A DNA stretch of 64,000 bases from Balanoglossus misakiensis (Eukaryota > Animalia > Hemichordata), in contig CM082584.2 in NCBI GenBank assembly GCA_040954595.2, positions 4,716,110-4,780,109 on the forward strand, in the 5' to 3' direction. How positions within the stretch are numbered: the first letter of the stretch is position 1; every line of letters starts with the position of its first letter. The notes under the pieces are model-generated. The model was not told the DNA's origin, searched no databases, and saw only the letters and a list, made by a program, of their open reading frames with translations. Below, piece by piece: positions 38,827 to 53,600 of this stretch. The position numbers and the translations under genes were made by a program.

Positions 38827-40603
38827 TACTTACCCCAGTAAGTTACATTGTATCCAAGTTGCCCAAAAAACAATTGTACGTATAATGCTCTTCAAATCAC
38901 ACAAGGACTATTCTTCTCCTCTCTTTAATCAACTGAATATTTTGGATATCACCAAGCTTCACAGTTATTTACTAGGTTCCTTTATTTATAAATTCTTTAT
39001 TTCACCAGAAATCACCACATTCACTTTCATATTATTTTAATACAACAAGTCATGAGCATAATACCAGAATTTGGTTACATCACTATTTACGCCCGTTTCA
39101 CGCCAAAACAAACTCAGGCCAGTACTTACCCCGGTAAGTTACATTGTATCCAAGTTGCCCAAAAAACAATTGTACGTATAATGCTTTTCAAATCACACAT
39201 GGACCATTCTTCTCCTCTCTTTAATCAACTGAATATTTTGGATATCACCAAGCTTCACAGTTATTTACTAGGTTCCTTTATTTATAAATTCTTTATTTCA
39301 CCAGAAATCACCACATTCACTTTCTGATTATTTTAATACAACAAGTCATGAGCATAATACCAGAATTTGGTTACATCACTATTTACGCCCGTTTCACGCC
39401 AAAACAAACTCAGGCCAGTACTTACCCCGGTAAGTTACATTGTATCCAAGTTGCCCCAAAAACAATTGTACATATAATGCTCTTCAAATCACACATGGAC
39501 CATTCTTCTCCTCTCTTTAATCAACTGAATATTTTGGATTTCACCAAGCTTCACAGTTATTTACTAGGTTCCTTTATTTATAAATTCTTTATTTCACCAG
39601 AAATCACCACATTCATTTTCATATTATTTTAATACAACAAGTCATGAGCATAATACCAGAATTTGGTTACATCACTATTTACGCCCGTTTCACGCCAAAA
39701 CAAACTCAGGCCAGTACTTACCCCGGTAAGTTACATTGTATCCAAGTTGCCCAAAAAACAATTGTACGTATAATGCTTTTCAAATCACACATGGACCATT
39801 CTTCTCCTCTCTTTAATCAACTGAATATTTTGGATATCACCAAGCTTCACAGTTATTTACTAGGTTCCTTTATTTATAAATTCTTTATTTCACCAGAAAT
39901 CACCACATTCACTTTCTGATTATTTTAATACAACAAGTCATGAGCATAATACCAGAATTTGGTTACATCACTATTTACGCCCGTTTCACGCCAAAACAAA
40001 CTCAGGCCAGTACTTACCCCGGTAAGTTACATTGTATCCAAGTTGCCCCAAAAACAATTGTACATATAATGCTCTTCAAATCACACATGGACCATTCTTC
40101 TCCTCTCTTTAATCAACTGAATATTTTGGATTTCACCAAGCTTCACAGTTATTTACTAGGTTCCTTTATTTATAAATTCTTTATTTCACCAGAAATCACC
40201 ACATTCATTTTCATATTATTTTAATACAACAAGTCATGAGCATAATACCAGAATTTGGTTACATCACTATTTACGCCCGTTTCACGCCAAAACAAACTCA
40301 GGCCAGTACTTACCCCGGTAAGTTACATTGTATCCAAGTTGCCCAAAAAACAATTGTACGTATAATGCTTTTCAAATCACACATGGACCATTCTTCTCCT
40401 CTCTTTAATCAACTGAATATTTTGGATTTCACCAAGCTTCACAGTTATTTACTAGGTTCCTTTATTTATAAATTCTTTATTTCACCAGAAATCACCACAT
40501 TCATTTTCATATTATTTTAATACAACAAGTCATGAGCATAATACCAGAATTTGGTTACATCTCTATTTACGCCCGTTTCAGGCCAAAACAAACTCAGGCC
40601 AGT
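38827..40603 (+). repeat. Six tandem 296-bp copies of the LINE ORF2 3' segment
   Basis: Exact 296-bp period (ORF starts at 39052, 39348, 39644, 39940, 40236). Confidence 0.95.
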
Positions 40604-43600
40604 TCTCGATATCACATACTTGAGCAAAAATCTGGAATGATATTCCTCCACAAATTAAGTCTTCAAATATTTTATGCCAATTTCACAGGACATTTAAGCA
40701 ACACCTCTTAAACCAGTACAAATGAATTTGTAATTTTCTTGATGTAGTATAATGCTGTTTTGTTTGTTTGTTTGTGATTGCTGTTCCTTTCTTTTTTCCA
40801 CTATCAGTTGCAATGGATAACTTTTCACTTTTGTAGTGAGATTGTACTTGAATCGCGCTTCAAACGTTCCCTCAACATTTTCTTTTTTCTGTAACCAAGC
40901 AAGCTATATTGTAGGAGTACAGGCTAGACTAGCTGTGGCTATTTCCTGACTCCATATTTACCCATGCCACCATAATGTATTTTTTACCTACCATATGTAC
41001 CCTTTAATACTTGGGTAAATAAAACATTATTAGTATTATTATTATTGCCAAAAATATGCAAATGTGAAATTGGTCAAAACTCAAAAACTCAACATCCACT
41101 GGTCATATTGATTGGAAAATTGGTATGCATGTACCATATGTCAACCTCATACAGTCCTGTATGTTTTGAGCTAATATTATTGATTTCCTATTTTTTATGC
41201 ATTTTATTGTATTTTTCCATGTTGTTGGTAAAAAGTCTTCATTTCTGAAAGTGATAGGCTTACTTCTTTGAAATTTAGTATGAGGCTTCCTAATGGTTGT
41301 CTGAGTAACCATAGTTTTGTTCAAATTGTTGCAAAATTTGCATATTTTTAATTTTGAGCAATATTTGCCATTTTTGGTCAAAAAAATTGTTTTTCTTTAA
41401 AACCTAATGCCAGATTGCTTTGCAATTTGGTAGGCATGTTCATAGGGGTAACCTAAGTAATAACTAATATGTTGTAAAAAATGTGATATTTGCATAAATG
41501 TGTCATTGGGGAAACTTTTACAATTTTTGTCAAAAATTATTTTCTCTGAAATCGCTTGTCATATTGCTTTGAACTTTGGCAGCATGTTCCTTGTAGTGAT
41601 TGAAGTAAGATGTTGTACAATTTTGGTGATATTTGCATATTTGTGTTTTTGCCACTTTTGAATAAATATTTTCTGTGAAACTGCTTGTTGGATTGCTTTG
41701 AAATTTGTTTTTTTTTCTCTGATTGCTTAGAAATTTGTTTTTTTTTCTCTGATTGCTTAGAAATTTAGGATATAATTTCATAACACATACATGTATATGT
41801 GCAACTTTTATTTAAATCTGATATCAGAAATATTATATATATTGCACCCCATCATTTTCGGGTAGTTGGGTCGACATGGAAGCCAAAACAGCAAAAAAAT
41901 CAATTTTAGCACAAAAATCCTACGGGAGCTGTTTTTCTCGACATACCATACCGCACTAACAGGAATGTGGGTTGTAAAACATGCTTGCTGCCATACATTC
42001 CTTTGAATATTCTCCTAATCCTGATGTACATGTATCAAATCAATCTTGTATGTTACTAATTGAACAATTTGTTCTTCGGTATAACAGAACCAGTTGAATA
42101 CACAAAGTCATGCAAAGGGGTAAGACAATACCTCTTCTCCAGAAAGTCAAGGGTTCTTGAGAATATTCCTTCTACACAGGCAGCTCTAAAAGAACGTGTG
42201 CTATGAGAAACCTAGCAAAGCTATATCAAACCAACAGAATCCCGTTGGAAATCAAGTTGGACAACTCTTAGTCAAGCCCAAGAAAAAGAGTCAACTTCAG
42301 GAAATCAGCTGTAAAATGTCATGCACATGTTCCTGTAGGTGCTTTTCTAGTCTGACAGCAGTGCTCTTTGTTACTGTGACGGAGAATGTCATCAAGATTG
42401 ATCTGATACATGTACATCAGGATTAGGATAATATACAGAGGAATGTATGGTAGCAAGTATGTTTTACAACCCATATTCCTGTTTCTGAGTGTTACAATTG
42501 ACATTAATGGGGGAAAAGTGTGAATATCAGTTTCTGGCCGCTAGAGGGCGCTGTATTTTGGGATCCATATTGGAAAATGTCCGCCATGGGTCAATGAATA
42601 ATTGTACCAAATTTCATGCTTTTAACCCGAAGTGCACGATTTTATAATATGAATATCTGTTTCTGGCCACTAGAGGGCGCTGTCATTTTGGATCCATATC
42701 AGAAAATGGCCGCCATGGGTCAATGCATAAGTGTACCAAGTTTCATGCTTTTAACCCAAAGTGCACGATTTTTGGGTTAACTGCCCCACTACATGACGTA
42801 CAGTCAATGTGTCAAATATTCGAATGACATGGCGCCTTAATTGCCGTTTCCTCTGGCGGGAAGGTGAAACTTTGGCGGTAATAACTTCTCACCTCTAAAA
42901 TTGATACAATGCCACCGCCTTGTTGGTAGACTGTCGACAGTCCCTCGCGCCTAATGTGTATCGATTCGGCGTTTCGTGGTGCGATGGCGATAAGGCCCGA
43001 GGGACTGTTATACCTTGTTTCGCCCTCACACGGGCACTGGGAAAATCAACCTGTAAAATGATTGACAGTTAATATACGTCGTCGACCATTCACCATGATT
43101 CAGTATAATAATTTATGTGAACAGGTCGTGTGTGGACCGAAAATAGTGAAAATACTCTCAAAAATTCAGCTACTGGTCCTTTAAAGTTTAATGTGGGTGT
43201 CTGGCAGTGGAAATTTGATACACCAGCCTTCAGATGATGAAAGCATCATTGATCATTGAGCGAGCAGATACTTTTATCGTTTATATGGCGACTTTGAATA
43301 TGATAAGTTTTGGCAACAAACTAGGCTATATAGCCAATAAAATAATGGCAATCTTGGTAAATGACATTTTGGGAGGGATCATATTGACGCCTGTGGTTGT
43401 TCTTGTTGCCAAGGGTCTGCAGATCAGCAAGTTCAGTATATGGTAAACACCCTGGGGCTGAGCTGGTCAACCTACCGGTATATCGATTGGTCAATCGACC
43501 AGATGCACCATTTTTCAGGTTGCAATCCAATTTAGTGTTTTAAAAAAAATTAAAATTACAGCAAAATGGGTCACACGACTTTTACGACCTTACCATAAAC

Positions 43601-46600
43601 TTAAGTTCGGAGCATTGATCAAATTCGAAGTTTTGTGTGGGTCTACGTACAGCTTTGGGAACAAAATGCACACAGGAGATTCAAGTCTTTTTTACAATTA
43701 CCTGTTGATGATTTAATCCTTTGAGGTTTCAAAATTATGTACAAGTTTTTGATATCAAACATCAACATACATTGCTACATTGTATTCTGAAAAAAAATAC
43801 GCTGCCTTCAAGCACTGAGCAGCTTCTGTACAAAAAAACAAAATCTTCAAAGAGCAATAAATACAATTGAGTTGTCTCACAGACATGCCACACAGTGTAA
43901 TACATGGGGATCGGATTTTCCTATACATCACTGCTCATCGACAGACATTTATATTCATTACTTTAAACACAAAATGACTCCCTTATATTTACAGATTTTG
44001 GCACAATGGTATTTAAAATGTAGTGATATTTTCTATGTTGTACCAACAGTTGACAATGTTGCAAACTCGTCAGTAGGAAAAATTTAATTTTATGACGTAC
44101 TACATTTCATTTATTTCTAGTCAGGGGGACTATCTCAAAGTAGAATTCCATGAATGAAAACTGAAAATGATGGCGATAATTAAGAGAAATGGAGGCTTGA
44201 TTAGAGTACGATTTGAGATAAAGCTGTGATTTCTGTTCTTCTGGCAAACAGGAGACTTCCCCTGACAGAAATTACCAGGTATTTCTCAATTTAAGTAATA
44301 GTGAATGAAAATGCAGACTTTTGGTGACTGCATGTAATGTAGATCAGTGCATCATCACCCAACTCATTAATAGAATGGATGAATAGGTCAACTAGTCTGT
44401 TAGCAAGCAAGCAGTGCAGTGATAAATCATAAAAGATCTGAAAAGCATGGAGAATGGTACATAAAACTGTTCCATATCTTTGAGATTCAGAGACTCTAAA
44501 CATAACACATTGAAAGGGAAAAGTCTGACATTAAATATATGCATAGTAGGTAATTTATGAAAAAGAAAACAGCTGTTGTAGACTATTCAACTTCTTTTTA
44601 CTTTGCAGTATTACCCACAGTGGCACGGATATTATGTGGGCCCAGAGTGACATCATTTGATGTACCTGTTGATTTGTCATAGAATTACGATATCACCACA
44701 ATACAGATGCACACAAACACAGCAAATTTGGTATTTAAAGGACAAAGTCTCTCTGATACGAGAGTAAAAACTCACCCAAAATGAATAAATGGTAAAGATT
44801 GTTTTGGTGAGTTTTCTCACTCTCGTGTCTACAAGCAGAGTGGAAGGTGTGTGTGGTTGAACGTTGATTCACTATACATCCGCATGTAGAATAACATAAA
44901 TGGTCTCTTGTATCATGTAATGGAAAAAGGGCACCGAGAGAGAGAGAGACTTTGTCCCTGTAATGCATGTACATATTTGGGAGAATAAATATTATAAGTA
45001 TATGCAGCACATTTCAAAAGCTTATAAGTACAGCTTTCAGAGTGGGCATTGGCTGTGTCAGTTTTTACTTAGGACACCACTGCCCAATTCCATTTTAGTA
45101 AATAGGAAGTCTTTGGGTGAAGTATTAAAATTACACAGCTGTAAGACTCGATGTATGCTATGAAGGCATGGTCTTAGATCAACAGATTTCTTCACTTAGC
45201 CATGATTATTTTCAGGAAAGTTACCACGCTGAATCATTTTTGTTGCAAGGAGAGAGACAGAGCAGTAATAAATATATACACTGAGTACAAAACACAAAGC
45301 ATAATGCACTCAATGTGAATTAAAACTTAATCCTTCATTTGGCTAGAACAAATACTTAACCTACGAAGTTCTTGTAATTTTTTACTCGGTTAAAATCTAC
45401 GATGGCTGATGTGAAATTACAAATTCAAGGCAAGCCAAGGGTTGTTTTCACGTTCGTTATTAAAATAATTTACAGGACGAACAATTTCTGAAGTATTTTA
45501 CATGACATTCCTGCATTAATTTCAATTACTATATATTAACCATTCTCTAGGAAAATCTAACCTTTGATTTTCAAAAAAGAAACTTTGGAATGTGAAATCT
45601 CTACAGTAAACAAGAGGAAAAGTTTTAAGAATATTAATATTATTAGACAGCATAGCCAACTCTCCTGTCAAAAATTATAGGGGTATATTTTATTTCTCCA
45701 AAACCCATGATACTGAAGTATATTCCTTGTCATTTGAGCACTGACATGTTTTAAGTACTCAATCATGTGTCTAAATAGTTCCATGAAAATTTCAAACATT
45801 CTTTGGAATTCTCGAATGACATTTGTATTTTTGCATCTTTTGTGAAAATCTACAACTTTCATATCTTCATCCAAGACTGTGGAAAATAATAAACTATTCA
45901 TTACTTTGGGTTGTACCCAGCATAATTCGAAATAAAACACAAAATTTGGATAAACCTTAGTTGGAAAGATGTCCTTGGCAAGCAGCACAACTTCCAGCCT
46001 AAGACAGCCTCCACAAAGTTTCTCTGAATGTGGTGTAATTGGTAATTCAAATACGCTGTTGATTTTGACATTGGTTAATTATAACAGCAAAACTGAAATT
46101 TCACAATTTATATTTTTCTTTTCTTAATCTGACAGAGCCCCCCCCCCCAAAGAAATGTAAAAGACACCAAAATTTTGGACTCCTGTGACACATGACACAT
46201 TCCAGAAATTTTTTCCCTGACTTATGTTTGAAAATCACATTTTGTTTTGCTTGGTCTGTTTTGCAGTTGGCTATTCACTTCAAGCTCAGCTAAGAGGAGC
46301 GTATATCAGCAATGCATGGCTTGAAACTGATGTCAAGTTATACATCAGAAACCAATCAAAGGTCTGGCATTTACAGGAGGAAAGATTTGGGCATGCATGT
46401 ACAGACTTCATGTTACGTAATACTGTGCCAATAAATCTTGCCTGTTACTGTGAAAACGTTTAGAGCTGTGTGAAAGAAATCTATTTGACCCATCCATTAA
46501 AGCATACCATCTTTTTTCTGATAAAAAAGTTACCGATCCATTGATAAAAAGTATGCAACTGGAACTGAGCAATGGAAAGACACACAAAGATTAACATTAG

Positions 46601-47514
46601 AGATATCATTTTTCAGTCGATTTTAAAATGTGTTGAAATTATTGAAAAATTCCACGGATTTAATGTGGGATCCCATATGGCGTATCAAAGAAAGTAATGC
46701 ATCATTGCTCTACATCATATTCTTCTCATAGAAAAACTAGACAAATGTAATACCAGTTTGTGCATTTGGAAAAAAGATGCAACATGTAGTATTCTTGCGA
46801 CATTTGAGTGTGCATCTATCGACATCATGAACACACGCAAGTATCCAAAAATTATTAGGAGAAAGTTTGAAAGCATGTTTTTCAGGTTTACAAGTGAGGT
46901 AAAAAGTGCAACTTTGTCTAGTAGCCTCTGCAGATTAACATGTACCGGTACAATCACAAAGCAATACCACCACCATATTCGCTCTCTGTATTAAGGTCCA
47001 AATTGGCCACCGAAAAATAATATACAATTGAAACAATGCAGTTAGACTACACATGGCTTAATTGATATCAAAATTTTAATACACCCACAAGTCTAAATTA
47101 TTGTGTTGCACGTGGAAATGATAGGGTCTGCATGAACCAGCATTATCTTAGCCATGACCATTTTAAATTTGAAATGATACTTGTTGGAAGTCATCTTTGT
47201 TAGCTCCTAGTGCCACAGCCGCGCTCAGATAACAGTACCTGGTAAGCGTTTGTAGAAAAGAACATGGTTTGTATTCAATAAATAAATTATCAAAACAACA
47301 TCCCTTTCACATGACACCTGTGCCTGTTGAAACAACAGCAATTGTCAGATTATTCAAATAAATACTATTAACAGAATCATAAGCAGTGGTTCATTTGTAT
47401 CTATACACTATTCGTCTAAACACTCCTTACAAATTGAATTGTATGACAAGTACCATATATCAGGGTTGTATTCTGTGTGGCAGTCTACACAGCAACGAAC
47501 ATTTTGTATGATGT

Positions 47515-47646
47515 CGTGTATGTGTATGTATGTGTACATGTATGTATGTATGTATGTACATATGTATGTACGTATGTATGTGTGCGTGCGTGTGTGTGCA
47601 TGCGTGCATCAGTGTTTGTGCGTCAGTGTGTGTATGTACATGTATG
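47515..47646. repeat. (TATG)n/(TG)n microsatellite in the MED26 3' UTR
   Basis: Direct reading. Confidence 0.85.
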
Positions 47647-47671
47647 GGTCCTACAGGACAGGCAGTATAGT

Positions 47672-50600
47672 TCACTCCAAAACAACATAAGGCAGTATAT
47701 GTAGAACATTATCATCGAATGTATTCATTTGCAGACATTCACCCCAGTCATGCCATTGGCTTTGGCTATCACAGCACCCGTTTACACCGTCCCAGTTTTC
47801 ACTATGTAATCTGTCAACTTCTTCGCTGGTAACTGGTTTCCGGGGTGTCACTGGTGGAGTCTGTTCTGTTCTCTTAGCGACAACTTCAGCCTGTTCAACA
47901 TGATCACTTACATGTTCTTCATCACATTTTTTCACAAGCTGTGATTCAGAATGTATATGAATGGACTCGTGTTTTGACCGCTGTATGGGTTCAACATCCG
48001 ACTTCTTAGTCGTGCCTTCAGTATCTTGATGAGAAACATCGTCACAAGCGCCACCAACGCTGCGCTCAAGTTCTTGTCCTTTTGTCGACGTTCTTGTAAC
48101 TGTTTTAGATTTTAAATCACAAGACGAGTCACTTTTGTGAATTTGCGACGGCAAAACAGGTGTTGCAGGTTTGGAGTGTAGACTCTGTAGTCGTGGCGAC
48201 ACACTATGTAGTCGTGGCGACACACTATGTAGTCGTGGCGACGGAGAACCTTTTGATGACGAATGACTTGCACTTGGTAGTTTTGGAGTACTTGTTCTGG
48301 GTTTGACACTGGAACTGATAGTACTTACACTGGCAATTAGTCCCTTTGCATCCAGTACTTCACTGCCACTTGGAAGTCCATTAACGAGATCGCTATCGCT
48401 GTGAGATGTGTGAAGACGCGTGGAACTAGACAATGCAATTTTTTTCTCTGGTGGTACATCGGGAGAATTCGAAGTACTCTCAGCCGCTCGCCGTTTCTTG
48501 CGATCAGCTGTGTAGGTTTTACCTAAAGCTTGAGACGTTGACGGTCTAACATCGGGTGTCTTATTGCCTTTAGTCTTTTGTGCCGAAGTGCTGATACTAC
48601 TACCATTCAATGGTACAGCACTGGCACTGCGCGTCAGTCTATTTGCATTAGGTGTCTGTGGAATGCATAAGTTTTGCCAAAGTTTAACAAGTTTCCGACA
48701 TCTTTTCGACAGATCATCGTTGTTAGTCTTCCTTCGTATCTCATTTACCAGTTTTCCGAGTCTGGTTTCCTAAAAAACGAAAAATACAAAACCAAAACAG
48801 GGTCAAGATGTGATCTTGATATGATGGCTGCCTGAGATGTGATGTGGATAAGGAATTCTTCCTTCACTCATGTTTTTAATGTTCATCACATTTTGGAGAC
48901 GACATTGTGAGTGGGGCCATTATATTTATGTGTAAAGGAAATAGGGCTCATTTGTTTATAAAAAATTGTACATGAATCCTTTCAGTATGGACACCTCTCT
49001 ATTAAGGACAGATTTTCTGGTCCCAGATGTGATGTGGATAAGGAATTCTTCCTTCACTCATGTTTTTAATGTTCATCACATTTTGGAGACGACATTGTGA
49101 GTGGGGCCATTATATTTATGTGTAAAGGAAATAGGGCTCATTTGTTTATAAAAAATTGTACATGAATCCTTTCAGTATGGACACCTCTCTATTAAGGACA
49201 GATTTTCTGGTCCCAGACATGTCCTTTATAAACAGGTGTCACTACATGTATGTATATGTTATGTACTTGCATACATACATGCAAGCATGATAAATGAGCA
49301 TAATGAAGGAAAAATCTCACAAAACAAATTACGAAACTATATTTTCATTACATAAAAATAAAATGTGAAAAACCAGCACCAATGGCACTGTAGTTATTAC
49401 AGACTTAGATGGGGTCAAAACATAGACGGCAAAATACAAGATGGCAGGGGCGTTGGCTGTTGACAAGATATGGTGAATTATTATTGATATATTGCTCACA
49501 CTTACAAATACTAGTATACAATACAATTACAGTGCAGACTAAATCCGAATTCCAAAGCATGCTCAGCAAAAATGTGACTGAAGTGAACATAAACAGCCCA
49601 CCAGACACACTATTCAGTAAACATGTGCGCCCATATGCTCATAGTGACCTTAGGAGTGTGACCTTCATACATGTAGCAGGGCTCGAAATTAGCGGTAGTC
49701 CCGCGGCCACAGACTACCAACTTTTCCCTGGGGCTACCAAAATCTGCGTAATGGTAGCCCCCGCGGACTACCAAAACTTTGCGTGTGCGATCGACGCGAT
49801 GTTGATCGCTTTGACCTGATCAAGGCTCACACGCTTACACGGCCCGATCAAACCAGCACTGTACAGCATTGTTATGCAAATTAAAATCCACAGTGCGTGC
49901 AGGAGAATGTTTGATACAAACTTTCAATAAAAGTATCAATATCTGAACCCTGCTGATCACTGTGGTCGTTGTCATGGCGAATGTAAAAATTTGCATATAA
50001 CCTCTGCTTATTAATAGCTCATCAAACTTTTGGGTGTCGCCCTTGTCTGGACATGTACATGCTATTCTTATACAGGGTATGATCTGCATGCAGCCAGCCA
50101 GGTACTAGAAAAAAAATTCATGAGCACAAGTCAATCATGAAAAAAAAATATTTTTATTTTTTTCTTATGAGATTGATGAAAATTAAAGCTGCAAGCAGCG
50201 TTGGCGGGGCACAAGCGGTTCCCATGGTGACCAGCAAATGCCAAGGCTGTATCTGCTGGGGATACCAAGATATGGGAAAGTAGGTCAAAGGTCACCCCAA
50301 ATATGGGCAAAAAAATCGGACCCCATACTAGTCTAGGTCCAACAAAAACCAGACCCCTAGCTCTATTGGTTCGCCTAGAATTAGATATGCACGTAATTAA
50401 TGAGGTCTAGTGTAAGACTCCATATGTGCTCCATCGCCCCCCCCCCCCCCCCCCCCTCCAAAAGCCAGGACTCTAACTGCTATGGATGCTGAGATATGGG
50501 AAAGTAGATCAAAGGTCATCCAAGGTCACCCAAAATTTGGGCATAAAATTTTGACCCCAGAGTGGACCATGTCCAACTAAAACCAGACATCTAGCCCTAT

Positions 50601-53600
50601 TGGTTAGCCTGGAATTAGATATGCAGAAAACAGATGTTTCAGAAATAGGTCAAGGTTCATTGCCAAAATTACCAAAATATTTGTGTCATGTCCTGGCAGC
50701 ATTGGTACCCATGTCCACAAAATTCATGACTGTGGTGCTTTTACAAGAGGAGGTATGGGGAATATGCATATATAATTAGTTGTTTTAAAACTGGGTCAAA
50801 GGTCATGTAAAAATTGCCCCGAAAAATTGTGACAACTTCCGGTCATATGATGACTCATATCCAAAAAAAGAATTTACGTGCTGTCAACATTTTGGCTACA
50901 AAACGGAATTTTCATTTTTCAATGGTTTTCCGAAAATCCAACATGGCCGCCATGATGATCGACCAATCACAGTGCGCTTCGCAAACTTGATAGACATAGG
51001 TTAGGTGACCACATACCCCGAATCCCGTGACTCGGCAATCGCTGGTTCTGGAGAAGAAGATTTTTAAAGTTTTAAGTAGCTTTTCAGAAAAACAATTGTA
51101 GCAAAAAAACTTTATGTGTGACGTCATGATTTCAATGGGGTAAACTGATGGACAGAAGGTAGGCTACCTGCACACCAAATTTGAACTCGATCGGCCCAGT
51201 AGTTTTTGAGAAGGACTCGTTTAACGATTTTCAGGAAATCCAATATGGCCGCCAGGTCACGTGACTAATTAAATATTCACGAGCCACTGCACGTCTACTC
51301 ATTGACCCCTACCACCCTACCAAGTTTCAGCCCCCTAGGTGCTGCGGTTTTCCAGATCTACCTGGCCGAATTTCTCGGAAGAAGAAGAATAATAATAATT
51401 AAAGCTGCAAGCAGCATTGTCCGGGCCCAAGCTCTATTATCTGATCTGATTATTAGATATGCATATAATTAATGAGTAGAAACATAATGCTGTGTTTTAT
51501 TCCATGAAATATCAAGGTTATATCTATGTTTGGTGTTGATATAGTGTTAAGTAGGTCAAAGGTCACCCAGAGGTCACCCATAATTTTGGCAGAAAATTTT
51601 GACCCATAGTCGTCCATGTCCAACAAAAACCAGACCTCTAGCCCTTTTGGTTAGCCCGGAATTAGGTATGCACATAAATAATGAGTTAAGCAGGTGTCAC
51701 AGGTGACCCAAAACTTTGGCTTTTCATTATGGCCCCATACCTCCAAACACCAAGGCTGTATCTGCTGTGGATGTCGAGATATGCAAAAGTAGGTCAAAGG
51801 TCACCCGAGGTCACCCAACATTTGGGCAAAATATTTTGACCCCATACTGGTCTATGTATAACAAAAACAAAACCTCTAGGTCTATTGGTTCATCATTAAT
51901 TAGGTAAGCGCATATTTAATGAGGTCACCAGAGGTCAAAGGGGTCATGAAAAGTAGCAAAATTTTTTGATCACATACAAATCCACATACATCAAAAAACA
52001 AACTTATAGCCCTATTGGTTAGCCTGGAATTAGATATGCAGAAAAATGATTCGTCAAAAGTAGGTCAAAGGTCATTGCCAAAATTACCAAAATATTTATA
52101 GCTTATTCTTGTCATATGATGATTCATATCTATAAAAAGAATTTCTGTGCTATCAATTTTTAGGCTAGAAAAGGAATTTTTACTTTTTAATCGTTTTTCA
52201 CAAAATCCAATATGGCCGCCATAATCTTCGACCAATCACATTCCCCTTCGCAAACTTGATAGACATCTGTTTAATGACCACACACACCAAATCTTGTGAC
52301 TCGGTTATTGCCCGTTCTTGAGAAGAAGATTTTTGAAGTTTTACTATGGTTTTTCGAAAATCCAATATGGCCGCCATAATCTTCGACCAATCACAATGAT
52401 CTTCGCAAACTTGATAGACATCAGTTAGGTGACCACATACCCCGAACCGCGTGACTCAGTTATCACCGGTTCTGGAGAAGAAGATTTTTGAAATTTAAGC
52501 CAGATTTCAGAAAAAAAATTGTAGCAAAAAAACTGCAACATTTACAGCAAAATATCCAATTACAAAAATGATGGGTAGAAGGTAGACTACCAGCACACCA
52601 AATTTGAAGTAGATCTGACTTGTAGTTTCTGAGATCTGAGATTTGCATTTTTTCAGAAAATCCAATATGGCCGCCAGGTCAGGTGACTAATTAAAAATTC
52701 AAGGGTTCAATGCACGACTACTCATTGACCTTGACCACTGTAGCAAGTTTCAGAAGTGTACCTGCAGCGGTGTCTGAGATCTAGAGCGACAAAGAATTGA
52801 CAGAAGAATAAAGAAAGAAAGAAAGAAAAACCCCAACGAAACCAATAGGGCCCAAGCGCTGGTATGCGCTTGGGCCCTAATAAAGAAAAATTCCAACAAT
52901 ACCAATAGGGGCACAAGCCCGATAGGCTTGTGCCCCTAAAAATATCCTTCACAGAAAAAAAATATCACTCTTCATTGAAAAGGTGTGCGGGCTACCAGTC
53001 CTTGTCACGGGGCTACCAACTTCAGAAAATGGTAGCCCAAGTGGACTACCAGTGAAAAAAGTTAATTTCGAGCCCTGTGTAGTGACCTTAGGAGTTCAAT
53101 GGGCAAGTGCACTCTAGAAGTCCATTCATTGGTGTGCAGGCACAATATTTTCAAAAATAATTTCATTTATCATAATACATACCTCTAAGGCCTCCTTGGT
53201 AACTGGATATTTTTCTAGTGTGGAGATTACCTCCACCACAGCCACCAAATCAACCACCTGAAAATGAAACAAAGATTCTCTTTTCTTACTATGACAATTC
53301 AAATATCAAATCACACGATCAAATGACTGTTGACGCTGAACTCTCACACGTGAAGTAACCTTAGTGAGCTCTCTACATTTGATAAAACATGCAATTATGA
53401 GTGAGTGTTACCATGCCTTTACAAGGAACATAGAGACCACTAAAATTGATATAATTCAACTGCAAGTTTTTGTCTAGAATACAAGCTCAATATTTTGATG
53501 TTGTCTTGGTCCAGTCTGTTATATTTTATAAAATAAGATACCAGAACTACATGTAGTTACATTATTCTGTCTACTCCGGGGACACGCCCTTAACTTCCAG

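Larger units (their letters stand above)
36787..41046 (+). mobile_element. 5'-truncated L2/CR1-group LINE, fragmented
   Basis: RT motifs KVKPIFKKG, NYRPIAILP, QYGFRKNHST, GVPQGSVLGP, YINVL, LFADDS, WCNANKLTIN..KT, YGLEVWG and C-terminal KIWNDIP...FKQHLL; AATAAA followed by an (ATT)n-like tail at about 41018-41046. Interrupted by insertions at 37169 and ~37834. Confidence 0.9.

Noticed and set aside
39052-40520. Tandem family of five small protein genes
   Set aside because: The ORFs are by-products of tandemly duplicated LINE ORF2 sequence.
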